Made by a program: the position numbers and the translations under genes | Notes under the pieces: generated by a model | Database searches by the model: none | Told to the model about the DNA's origin: nothing | Seen by the model: only the letters and a program-made list of their open reading frames with translations | Sequence record: MN871451.1 | Strand: one strand, 5' to 3' | DNA: 64,000 bases | Part shown: one piece after another, positions 56,287 through 64,000 of the stretch | Layout of the letters: each line of letters opens with the position of its first letter | Position numbering within the stretch: the first letter of the stretch is position 1

Positions 56287-59043
56287 ATGGCCAATAACAC
56301 AAGAAAAATTTCCGAACTTTCGAGTAAGGGTATTGTTCCAGAATCTGCTCTTTTGCCAGTGGCAGTAGCGGGAGCAGAAAAGGAAACATACCGTACCACG
56401 TTAAATAATCTTCGATCAAATCTTCTCTTTGAAAATGCTTACGAAACCCTCGCAGAAGGTATTGCGGCTACTGTCAAAGATGAAATTTTTTACGTCTATA
56501 CGGACGATAGCCAATTCTACGTCGCAGCGTTCACCAACGTTAACGGTGCTTCTGCCACGGCTGTCTATAAAGACAATACTCCGGTTATCTACGGCACCGG
56601 AAAAATGATGGCGGACGGTAAGTTCGGCTCCTACACGTCATATGTCAGTTACCTTTATAACAACGGTTCCGCTACCGGCGGCGAAACGGAAATCGCATTA
56701 CCTTTCGACTGCTTCGATGTCTCAGAGATGTTCTTGAATGGTAGTCATCAGTTCAAGGGGTTGAACTACACGTTTGATCGGTTATCGAACAAAGTCAAAT
56801 TAAAAGGGCCATTAACGGCGGGTGCTTTCGTTGTCTTCTACGTAAGACCTTACCCGGGTTCGCCTATCACGCCAGTAGAACCTGGTATTACCGACTACGT
56901 CAACGTAACGTGGCTATATAACGACGGCGCAGCAGTGGGTGGAGAAACGTCACTTACCCCTCCGTGGACATTCAAAACAGTCCCTGCTATTTACATCAAC
57001 GGCTCAAAACAAGTCCTGAATAAGCACTATGAAGTTGATAGCACCGGATTGAAGATTAACCTTTCGAAAGCGCTGAATGCTAACGACATCGTTGAAGTCT
57101 TACTGGGTGGTTCTCGGTCGGTCATCACCGCACAGGTATCGGGAACACCGGCAGAAATTCTTTTGACGCTGGGGCAAACGACAGGTGCGGCAAAAGTCAA
57201 TACCAGTTATGGTGTGAGCTTAGAGCAAGTCGTTCAAGGTGTTTACGGCGTGGAATCAGTGGATTCACTGCGGTCTCGTCAACCGGGATTTGAAGGGGAA
57301 CGTATTAAAGTAAAATCTTACGCAGTTGGTACTAAAATTGGCGGCGGGGAATTTATTGGTCACATCGGCGGAGGTGTAACAGAAGACTATGGTACAATCA
57401 TTGTCGGTGGGAATTTCTATTGGGAGCGTGTTATCCCCAATTCAGAAATTAATGTTTCATTTTGGGGCGCTCAACCAGGGACAGATATCACGGTACCTTT
57501 ACAACGTGCGATCGCATACGTCCAGAAATTAACAATAGGGACTAATTTTTACAGTCGTCCTTCGATCAGTATTTCAGCAGGGAGCTATCTGATATCTGCA
57601 ACAATTGTCGCACCGACATCAATCAGTATCGTTGCGAAAGGTAATGTTAACATTGTTGCATCGTCTAACTTTACAGGGTCGTACCTGATCAAGTTCCAAA
57701 ATACTGACGCCTTAACGAATGTCAATCTTTGGGAAGGTGAGAACCTTTCGGCTGATGGCGGTGTATTGCGACTGGATGGACAAGGCCGTGCTATAACTAC
57801 TCTTTCTGGAATATTTATCGGTAACGAAGCAGCTAGTATGTCCAACGCCAGAAACGTTTCATTCCGTAATGTCGTTGTGACCGAATGCTATCGTGCATTG
57901 ACGTTCTCTTCCATCGATACTTATCTATTCTCTGCGACTAAATGTCGTTTCGAACAAAACGGTATTAGTTTGAATGTTCCGTCTACAACGTCCAGTAACT
58001 CCGGCGAACGTATGTCGTTTACTAACTGTACATTTGGCGGTACCAACGAACATCACGTATACCTTGCAGCACCTGGTTTTGATGTTTCGTTCATGAACTG
58101 CAGTTTTGACTTTACTAACGGTAGTATATTAGTCATTACGGGATCGTCAGGTTATAATGCAGTTAAGTTTACTGACTGTCATGCCGAAGCTTGGAATGGG
58201 TACGTATTAGATGTAGTTGGCTCGCCGTCTAACTGTGCGGTATACTTTACCAATTGCGATTTCCTTCCTCGTTTGCGTTCTGGTCAGAAATCAGACTCTA
58301 CCTTAGGACTGGCCAACAGCCCATCTCGACCACTCTTTAACGGAAACCAGGTTGCAGTGTATTGGAATGGCTCTGAGATCAAACACGAAGTCAAACCATA
58401 TACCGAAGATCTCTATTTACACTCTTCCGGTAAACCCGTGGCAGTTAGTGGGTATGTAAAAGACCCCTACTATAACGTCCCGTCTGCAAACGCTATTATT
58501 AATAGCGGTTTTGATTTCAGTGCGGAAACTACTGGAACAACTGTCACGAGTACTTCCTCTACGTTAGCGAAATTTTCTGTTGGATACATCGCGGGTATGA
58601 CAGGGGTAATTGCCGACAGAACAGATGTTACAGGTAAAGTTCTTGCTTTAACGGGTACAAGTTCTGCGAGTAACGTGACTTTAGTTGGAACAGAATATTT
58701 TGCCTGTAAAGCAGGAGATGTGTTTGGGGTTGTTGCCGCAATGCAGCTACTGAACTCGACGGGGAATAACCGTATTACCCCATACGTTTATTTTTACAAT
58801 GATCAAAAAGTATTATTATCTGGCGGCCAAGTAGTTGGTAACAATACCGCGATGGGAAGTGTATTTTCCGACACTACCTTACCAAATTACTCCGCCGGTA
58901 CAACACGATTCATCGCTTCTAGTCCGGTGAAAATAAGAGCGCCTGTTGGCGCAGCGTTCGCTCGTGTTGCAGCGACTTTTTCTGACATTACAGGTACGGT
59001 AAACATATCCAGATTGTCACTATTCCGTTTTGAGACAGAGTAA
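56287..59043 (+). CDS. Tailspike with KISEL anchor, two tandem adaptor-like repeats and a beta-helix depolymerase domain
   Basis: Start at MANNTRKISEL (GAGG RBS); repeats YLYNNGSATGGETEI... and WLYNDGAAVGGETSL...; SGER...SFDF...HAE. Confidence 0.87.
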   Translation: MANNTRKISELSSKGIVPESALLPVAVAGAEKETYRTTLNNLRSNLLFENAYETLAEGIAATVKDEIFYVYTDDSQFYVAAFTNVNGASATAVYKDNTPVIYGTGKMMADGKFGSYTSYVSYLYNNGSATGGETEIALPFDCFDVSEMFLNGSHQFKGLNYTFDRLSNKVKLKGPLTAGAFVVFYVRPYPGSPITPVEPGITDYVNVTWLYNDGAAVGGETSLTPPWTFKTVPAIYINGSKQVLNKHYEVDSTGLKINLSKALNANDIVEVLLGGSRSVITAQVSGTPAEILLTLGQTTGAAKVNTSYGVSLEQVVQGVYGVESVDSLRSRQPGFEGERIKVKSYAVGTKIGGGEFIGHIGGGVTEDYGTIIVGGNFYWERVIPNSEINVSFWGAQPGTDITVPLQRAIAYVQKLTIGTNFYSRPSISISAGSYLISATIVAPTSISIVAKGNVNIVASSNFTGSYLIKFQNTDALTNVNLWEGENLSADGGVLRLDGQGRAITTLSGIFIGNEAASMSNARNVSFRNVVVTECYRALTFSSIDTYLFSATKCRFEQNGISLNVPSTTSSNSGERMSFTNCTFGGTNEHHVYLAAPGFDVSFMNCSFDFTNGSILVITGSSGYNAVKFTDCHAEAWNGYVLDVVGSPSNCAVYFTNCDFLPRLRSGQKSDSTLGLANSPSRPLFNGNQVAVYWNGSEIKHEVKPYTEDLYLHSSGKPVAVSGYVKDPYYNVPSANAIINSGFDFSAETTGTTVTSTSSTLAKFSVGYIAGMTGVIADRTDVTGKVLALTGTSSASNVTLVGTEYFACKAGDVFGVVAAMQLLNSTGNNRITPYVYFYNDQKVLLSGGQVVGNNTAMGSVFSDTTLPNYSAGTTRFIASSPVKIRAPVGAAFARVAATFSDITGTVNISRLSLFRFETE

Positions 59044-59081
59044 AAGGAGGAGGGGGTTCCCCTCCTTAAAAGGAAAAATAA

Positions 59082-61247
59082 ATGCAAACTAATTTTATTC
59101 AGCCAACCGGAAACACCTCTATACAGTCTAGTGCAGAGGTTCTTTCTCAATTATTGAACATCCCGCAATCGACCATTGGGTCAATTGAACGGGGCGTGGA
59201 TTTAACAAACCTTTCGTTTGCGGTTGACCCCGTGACTAAAGAGATTTACAACGTTACAGCTGTACTGGGTTCAGTAACGGGAATGGTAGCTTCAGGGACT
59301 ACCGCAGTAGTGAGCACAGAAAATGGAAGTTTCCCCGTTAATGCATTACCGGCACAATTAATTACAGTCAGTTTTCCGTCGATTACTGATTTAAAGAATT
59401 TCAATCCGTGGTTCGATAAACAGATCTTAAAGCTGATCAGCTATAACTTAAATGGTACTGTAGGCGGCGGGGAATTTTATTACGATGCCAGTGATACGAG
59501 CACTGCTGATGACGGTATGTTCACTATTGTAACTTCATCAGGAAAACGCCTCAAACGTCTTAATTCCGACAAGGTACTTAAAGTAGAGTGGGCGGGGGTA
59601 GAACCCGGCGGCGATATCAGCGCGGCGTGGCAAAAAGCCATAGACTTCTCTGCGGCTGTTGCTACGAAGTCGGGTAATTTTTATCAGTGTCCGTCAGTTG
59701 AGCTGCCCGGCGGTAAATATACCTTAACAAAAGGTGTTGTTTCCCCATCCTTCGTTAGGACTATTGTTAACGGGTCAATCTATATCGATTGTAAGGCCCT
59801 TAATGATACACACGTTGCTGCGTTTTGGATAAAAGGATTCAAAGGGAGTTATCAGCAACAAGGGATTGGTGGTTACACATTGTCCTCTAATGGTGGCGGT
59901 ATTTATTTTGAAGGACCAGGACGATCAACGGTTTCTTCCTTGGTCGGAATTAAAATTGGTAATACGGCCACCGAGAATAGTGGCAATGGATTTACTAACT
60001 GCCCGCCTAAAATCACTGGAGTAACGGTTAGACAGTTCCGCGCTGGTTTACAAATCACAGAATACGATGCGTATCTCATTAGCGTAGAGTATTGTGATTT
60101 TGGTAACTCTGGCTCAGCGGTTCAAATAGGTACAGGATCTAGAACGTCCCCTTGGAACGCCGGGGAACGAATTGCGTTTACTCACTGTACATTTTACGGT
60201 GGCGGAGAATATGGCTTTATTGAGGCCATTGTTGCTGGGTTCAATATTGATTTTACAAACGTAAGTTTCGATTATACTGCGACACACGTTTTCAATTTCG
60301 GAAGTAACGCTAACGGCAATAACTTCCGCGTGACTAACTCACACACTGAAGCAGTTGGGGGTTACATTGTGAACGACGTGGCTGGATTAAATGACAGTTA
60401 CGTTACATTCATTAACAGCGATTTCATGATGACACTTGCTAGTGGTTCACAAGTAGGTAACGATAGTAATGGAAACGCGGTATCTAACGCTATATCAAGA
60501 CCACTGTTCAATAACCAGTCGGTAAATATCTATCTTGATATTTCTGGCCCGAGCGCTGCAACGCAAACTCCTTACGATTATTATATTTTCCTTTGTACCC
60601 CAGCTTCCCGCGGCGTATCGGTAGGTAAATCGATTACTCCATATGCTAACCCACGCCCCTCTAAAATAAGCTCATTATTGAGCAAAGGTTGGAACTTCGG
60701 TAATGAAACCGATGGTACTGCTGTCACTCAAGGAAAAGTACTTACTGATTGGACATTCCGTTTAGTTAGCGGTGGGACAGCAGCAGTGGCGACGCTGAAT
60801 GCTAACGGGGATAAATGTGTTACACTTACACCGACAAACAATACATCGAACATGTATGCGTATTGGTCTAACAATGAATTAATCGAAGTATCGCAGTTAG
60901 AAAGCTATTCTACTACCTTTGCTGTCCAGTACGGTTCCGCTGATACTACTTTGACCGCAGGTAATCAACTAAGTTCAAACATTCGTTATACGTGGTACGA
61001 TAACACCCAAACTCAGATCTCAACAGAAACTTACAGCTATGATCTTTATTCGATAATTAAAGATACTGCTGCCCCGAACGCTGCATCGGCAACAACGAGA
61101 ATTGTTCCAATCATTCCTACAAGCCGTGTGGCTCCGCCAAGAGCAAAATTCTTGCGAGTCGAATACGGTATTGTCAGGGTTAATTATCCTTTAAAGATAT
61201 GCTACAATTTTATTTACAAAGGTAATAATGTAACTGCTACAGTATAA
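59082..61247 (+). CDS. Anchor-less tailspike / depolymerase
   Basis: AGGA RBS; N-terminal MQTNFIQPTGNTS in place of KISEL; linker GTVGGGEFYYD---DDG; AGER...SFDY...HTE. Confidence 0.85.
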   Translation: MQTNFIQPTGNTSIQSSAEVLSQLLNIPQSTIGSIERGVDLTNLSFAVDPVTKEIYNVTAVLGSVTGMVASGTTAVVSTENGSFPVNALPAQLITVSFPSITDLKNFNPWFDKQILKLISYNLNGTVGGGEFYYDASDTSTADDGMFTIVTSSGKRLKRLNSDKVLKVEWAGVEPGGDISAAWQKAIDFSAAVATKSGNFYQCPSVELPGGKYTLTKGVVSPSFVRTIVNGSIYIDCKALNDTHVAAFWIKGFKGSYQQQGIGGYTLSSNGGGIYFEGPGRSTVSSLVGIKIGNTATENSGNGFTNCPPKITGVTVRQFRAGLQITEYDAYLISVEYCDFGNSGSAVQIGTGSRTSPWNAGERIAFTHCTFYGGGEYGFIEAIVAGFNIDFTNVSFDYTATHVFNFGSNANGNNFRVTNSHTEAVGGYIVNDVAGLNDSYVTFINSDFMMTLASGSQVGNDSNGNAVSNAISRPLFNNQSVNIYLDISGPSAATQTPYDYYIFLCTPASRGVSVGKSITPYANPRPSKISSLLSKGWNFGNETDGTAVTQGKVLTDWTFRLVSGGTAAVATLNANGDKCVTLTPTNNTSNMYAYWSNNELIEVSQLESYSTTFAVQYGSADTTLTAGNQLSSNIRYTWYDNTQTQISTETYSYDLYSIIKDTAAPNAASATTRIVPIIPTSRVAPPRAKFLRVEYGIVRVNYPLKICYNFIYKGNNVTATV

Positions 61248-61250
61248 ATT

Positions 61251-61291
61251 AATTGAGAGAGGGAGTATCCCCTCTCTCAATTTTCTATGAC
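61251..61291 (+). terminator. Hairpin plus TATGAC module
   Basis: AATTGAGAGAGGG-agtatc-CCCTCTCTCAATT; TATG at 61286-61289. Confidence 0.68.
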
Positions 61292-61319
61292 TTCGTCTTA
61301 TTCACATAGAGGTGTAATG

Positions 61320-63305
61320 ATGTTAACTGATTTTAATAAACCGCGAGGGAGTAACGGTGAATATTCTCTTTTAACCGTGGGGTCCGTAACTGAGTTAAGG
61401 GCTTTAGAGCCTTGGTTTGACGGCCAACGTGTTCTATTAAAACGAGCGGTTGTGGGCGGACCTGACGTAAACGAAATAATGACGTACAGGGCCAGTTCAA
61501 CAGTCGCAGATAACGACTACAGTGTATTTAAAACAGCTAAAGGAGCTAACTGGCTCCTCGATACAACAAAACCTATTAACGTATGGATGGCTGGTTTTTC
61601 TGTCTCTTTAAATAACCTATCCCAGTGCATCAACAAAATAACCAGTGACATCGTCAAAATTGTTATCGGTAGAGGCTATATCGCAAATGGAACTTACCGT
61701 CTGCGCGTACCGCCATTAGATAACGCTACCGGCGAAACAGTTTATAAAATGACAGCGACAGTGCGTATCCCGCCGTTTGTTTCTGTTATTGTTGACACTA
61801 ACCAGACTTGGGATTTTAGTGCCTTTACTACCGGGAATGGCGTAGAAATAACCGGTGAGTTTACTGGACTTACTCGATCTGCAGCAAACCCCTTCACTAA
61901 TAACGCAGGGAGTTCTGCCAGCTACACTGAAGTACTGGACACTAATGCACTTTTCATTTTAGGTCCCGGGTACGACAAAACTACGTTCCATGGTATTTCT
62001 TTAGGAAATACAACATACCCATCTGGTGGTTTTGTCCATACTCGCGAAGTAAAAATCACTGGCGTAAAAGTTGCGCAATTTTATGGCGGAATCAGGATTG
62101 GTTCTACTGATACGTATTTAGATGTGGTGGAGAACTGCGCTTTTTATCGAAACGGATATGGTATCGTCACCGATGCAGGCGTGAACTGCGTTAACTCCGG
62201 TGAGAACATGCGCTTCGTCAACTGCCTCATTGGTGACAACTATTTGGGCGGAGTCTACCGAAACGATACTGTCCATATGTTTAAATATTTTGGTTGTAGT
62301 TTCGACTATAATACAAACGATGTTGTTTTTTATTCGCCAGTGAACATAGGTCAGGATACGTTGATCGAGTGTCACGTTGAAGGCTTCCGTTATTTAGCCA
62401 ATTGCCCAACTCGTACAACAGGCGCTGGCGAAAATAATTTTAAAATGATCGGCGGAAATATCTTCATGTACGCGTTTGTTAATGATCCTTACCGTGGAGT
62501 CAGGACAATTGGTTTTGCGACCACTACACGCACCGCTATCGACCTTGACAACGTAAACATTTTCTGTTACGGCCCGCACGTTAATAGCGCTTATGGGAGT
62601 TACAAGGCGTACGATCCCACTAACCAGATCAAAATAAGAATACGTTACCCTTTACGCGGACAAACCTATCGTTTTCTGCCATCTTACGATACCTCTGACG
62701 GTTACATTTTGAATAATACAGGGCTACTGTTTAATGGTACCGCTGGCGCGGCCTTACCGACTGCCAGGGCAATTGGACAGTGGTACGTAGTTGCTAACGG
62801 TTCAACTATCGTCTATGGCTCTGCAGCAGATGCAGATTCGGATGGCCTGATCCCAGTGACAATTACTGCTACAAGTACAACTAACTCGGTTAACCTTCTC
62901 TGGGGTACGCCAATTAATAACAGTAACAGTCAACAGAAATTTCATGTGTCCTGTTCAGTCAAAGCCGGTGCTGCAACTACTGGCAACGTTTACGTACGTG
63001 GTGTGTGTCGTTTAGTTTCATCTCAGACTTTTACTAATAACGCCACGACTAACGTAGTGTCAATGAGCGAAAATTATAGTGGATATGCCTTGGGTCCACA
63101 GCAAGATATTTTAAACTCACTAACAAAAACTGGCATCACCCTTACCGCAGACAATTACATGGGTACCTACATGCTTTCATGCGATACCGGTACGTCTCAG
63201 TACGGTTACGCTGGACTTAACTTTACCGGTTTCGTTGGTACCATCCAAGTTAAGCTGCCTGCGGTTTGGTTTTCCGATCAACATCCGACTTTAGGGTATT
63301 TGTGA
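61320..63305 (+). CDS. Anchor-less tailspike / exopolysaccharide depolymerase
   Basis: GAGGTG RBS; MLTDFNKPRGS N-terminus; SGEN...SFDY...HVE beta-helix motifs; CBM-like C-terminus. Confidence 0.83.
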   Translation: MLTDFNKPRGSNGEYSLLTVGSVTELRALEPWFDGQRVLLKRAVVGGPDVNEIMTYRASSTVADNDYSVFKTAKGANWLLDTTKPINVWMAGFSVSLNNLSQCINKITSDIVKIVIGRGYIANGTYRLRVPPLDNATGETVYKMTATVRIPPFVSVIVDTNQTWDFSAFTTGNGVEITGEFTGLTRSAANPFTNNAGSSASYTEVLDTNALFILGPGYDKTTFHGISLGNTTYPSGGFVHTREVKITGVKVAQFYGGIRIGSTDTYLDVVENCAFYRNGYGIVTDAGVNCVNSGENMRFVNCLIGDNYLGGVYRNDTVHMFKYFGCSFDYNTNDVVFYSPVNIGQDTLIECHVEGFRYLANCPTRTTGAGENNFKMIGGNIFMYAFVNDPYRGVRTIGFATTTRTAIDLDNVNIFCYGPHVNSAYGSYKAYDPTNQIKIRIRYPLRGQTYRFLPSYDTSDGYILNNTGLLFNGTAGAALPTARAIGQWYVVANGSTIVYGSAADADSDGLIPVTITATSTTNSVNLLWGTPINNSNSQQKFHVSCSVKAGAATTGNVYVRGVCRLVSSQTFTNNATTNVVSMSENYSGYALGPQQDILNSLTKTGITLTADNYMGTYMLSCDTGTSQYGYAGLNFTGFVGTIQVKLPAVWFSDQHPTLGYL

Positions 63306-63499
63306 TGATTTATATCTACAAAGATACTGTGCGAGAGAACGTTTATTTTCTTTCCAGAATTGATTTGGGGGAGGCTATCGTTTTCTTTGAAGAAGTAGAA
63401 AACTATCAGGAAGCCGCACTTGGGTTCTTATCGGAAAAGGGTCTGGATGGTTCTTTTCTTTTAGAAGACAGGACTAGCGAAGACGATTCCGGTAGTTGA
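63305..63499 (+). CDS. Small acidic protein coupled to the spike (possible chaperone)
   Basis: TGATG overlap with the spike stop; 64 aa. Confidence 0.5.
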   Translation: MIYIYKDTVRENVYFLSRIDLGEAIVFFEEVENYQEAALGFLSEKGLDGSFLLEDRTSEDDSGS

Positions 63500-63523
63500 A
63501 TTGTTTTATAGGTTGTTCATAGC

Positions 63524-63562
63524 GAGTAGGGCCGATCGGCCCTACTCTTGTGTTTTTATGAC
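63524..63562 (+). terminator. Perfect 24-bp palindrome plus TATGAC module
   Basis: GAGTAGGGCCGA/TCGGCCCTACTC at 63524-63547; TATG at 63557-63560. Confidence 0.68.
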
Positions 63563-63606
63563 GATCTAGATACCCTCTTATTTACCCAGACTATACAGGT
63601 ACCGAA

Positions 63607-64000
63607 ATGGATAAGTCTAGTTTAAAAATTACTGAATTACCGGCGTTGTCGGTAGCCTCTGAGAATGGGTTTATTCCCATTGCCCAAGTTAAAGAAGAAA
63701 ACGACACGTATAAAACAACACTCCGTGCGTTACGTGAAAGTATCATGTTTGAGAACGCCTACTCGAGTACTGCGGCGGGTGTTTCGGCAACGGTTCCTGG
63801 CGATGTGTTCTTTGTTTACACTGACGATACTAAAGAGCATGTTCAAGGCTGGGTTAACAGTGCCGGTGGCGCCACCCCGTTATTGAATGCTAATAGTGAA
63901 CAAATCACTTACGGTACTTACGCGCTGTTGAATAAAGCTCTGAAGAATAAAGGGGCGATTGTACAGTGGGTTTATAATGGCGGGTTAAGTAACGGCGGGG
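63607..64000 (+). CDS. Tail fibre/spike with KITEL anchor, partial; runs off the window end
   Basis: Not in the ORF track. Hand translation: MDKSSLKITELPALS...FENAYSSTAAG...FFVYTDDT...VQWVYNGGLSNGG. Confidence 0.82.
   Translation, partial: MDKSSLKITELPALSVASENGFIPIAQVKEENDTYKTTLRALRESIMFENAYSSTAAGVSATVPGDVFFVYTDDTKEHVQGWVNSAGGATPLLNANSEQITYGTYALLNKALKNKGAIVQWVYNGGLSNGG

Noticed and set aside
42172-64000. Shufflon or diversity-generating retroelement acting on the spikes
   Set aside because: No invertase or reverse transcriptase in the window and no long near-identical TR/VR repeat seen; the short inverted motifs are better explained as promoters.
1-64000. tRNA, rRNA, CRISPR array or genetic-code reassignment
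   Set aside because: No cloverleaf, rRNA-like or regularly spaced repeat-spacer sequence was seen by eye, and long ORFs read cleanly in the standard code. tRNAscan-SE would confirm.

Overview
This window is a gene-dense segment of a phiKZ-related jumbo myophage (Chimalliviridae-like). The gene order resembles Salmonella phage SPN3US and the Erwinia jumbo phages; an enterobacterial host is an inference. 1-41.5 kb is mostly core genome: a baseplate spike-like gene (partial), an SbcC/Rad50 ATPase, RNase H, a UvsX/RecA-like recombinase, four pieces of the split virion RNA polymerase (beta C-terminal, beta' with the DFDGD motif, large beta, and a probable beta' C-terminal piece), a 2197-aa tail protein with a lytic transglycosylase domain, the prohead protease, several virion proteins, and small early-gene clusters behind a TATATCAC motif. 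41.5-64 kb is a divergently arranged array of at least 11 tail fibre/tailspike genes. Seven share an N-terminal 'KISEL' anchor, several share a beta-helix motif set, and some carry putative branching modules. About 20 GC-rich hairpins punctuate the window. Many are followed within a few bases by TATG (the phiKZ late-promoter core), even where the next gene is antisense. I saw no tRNA, CRISPR array, intein or intron. All homology calls are from motif recognition by eye and recalled family knowledge; no searches were run.
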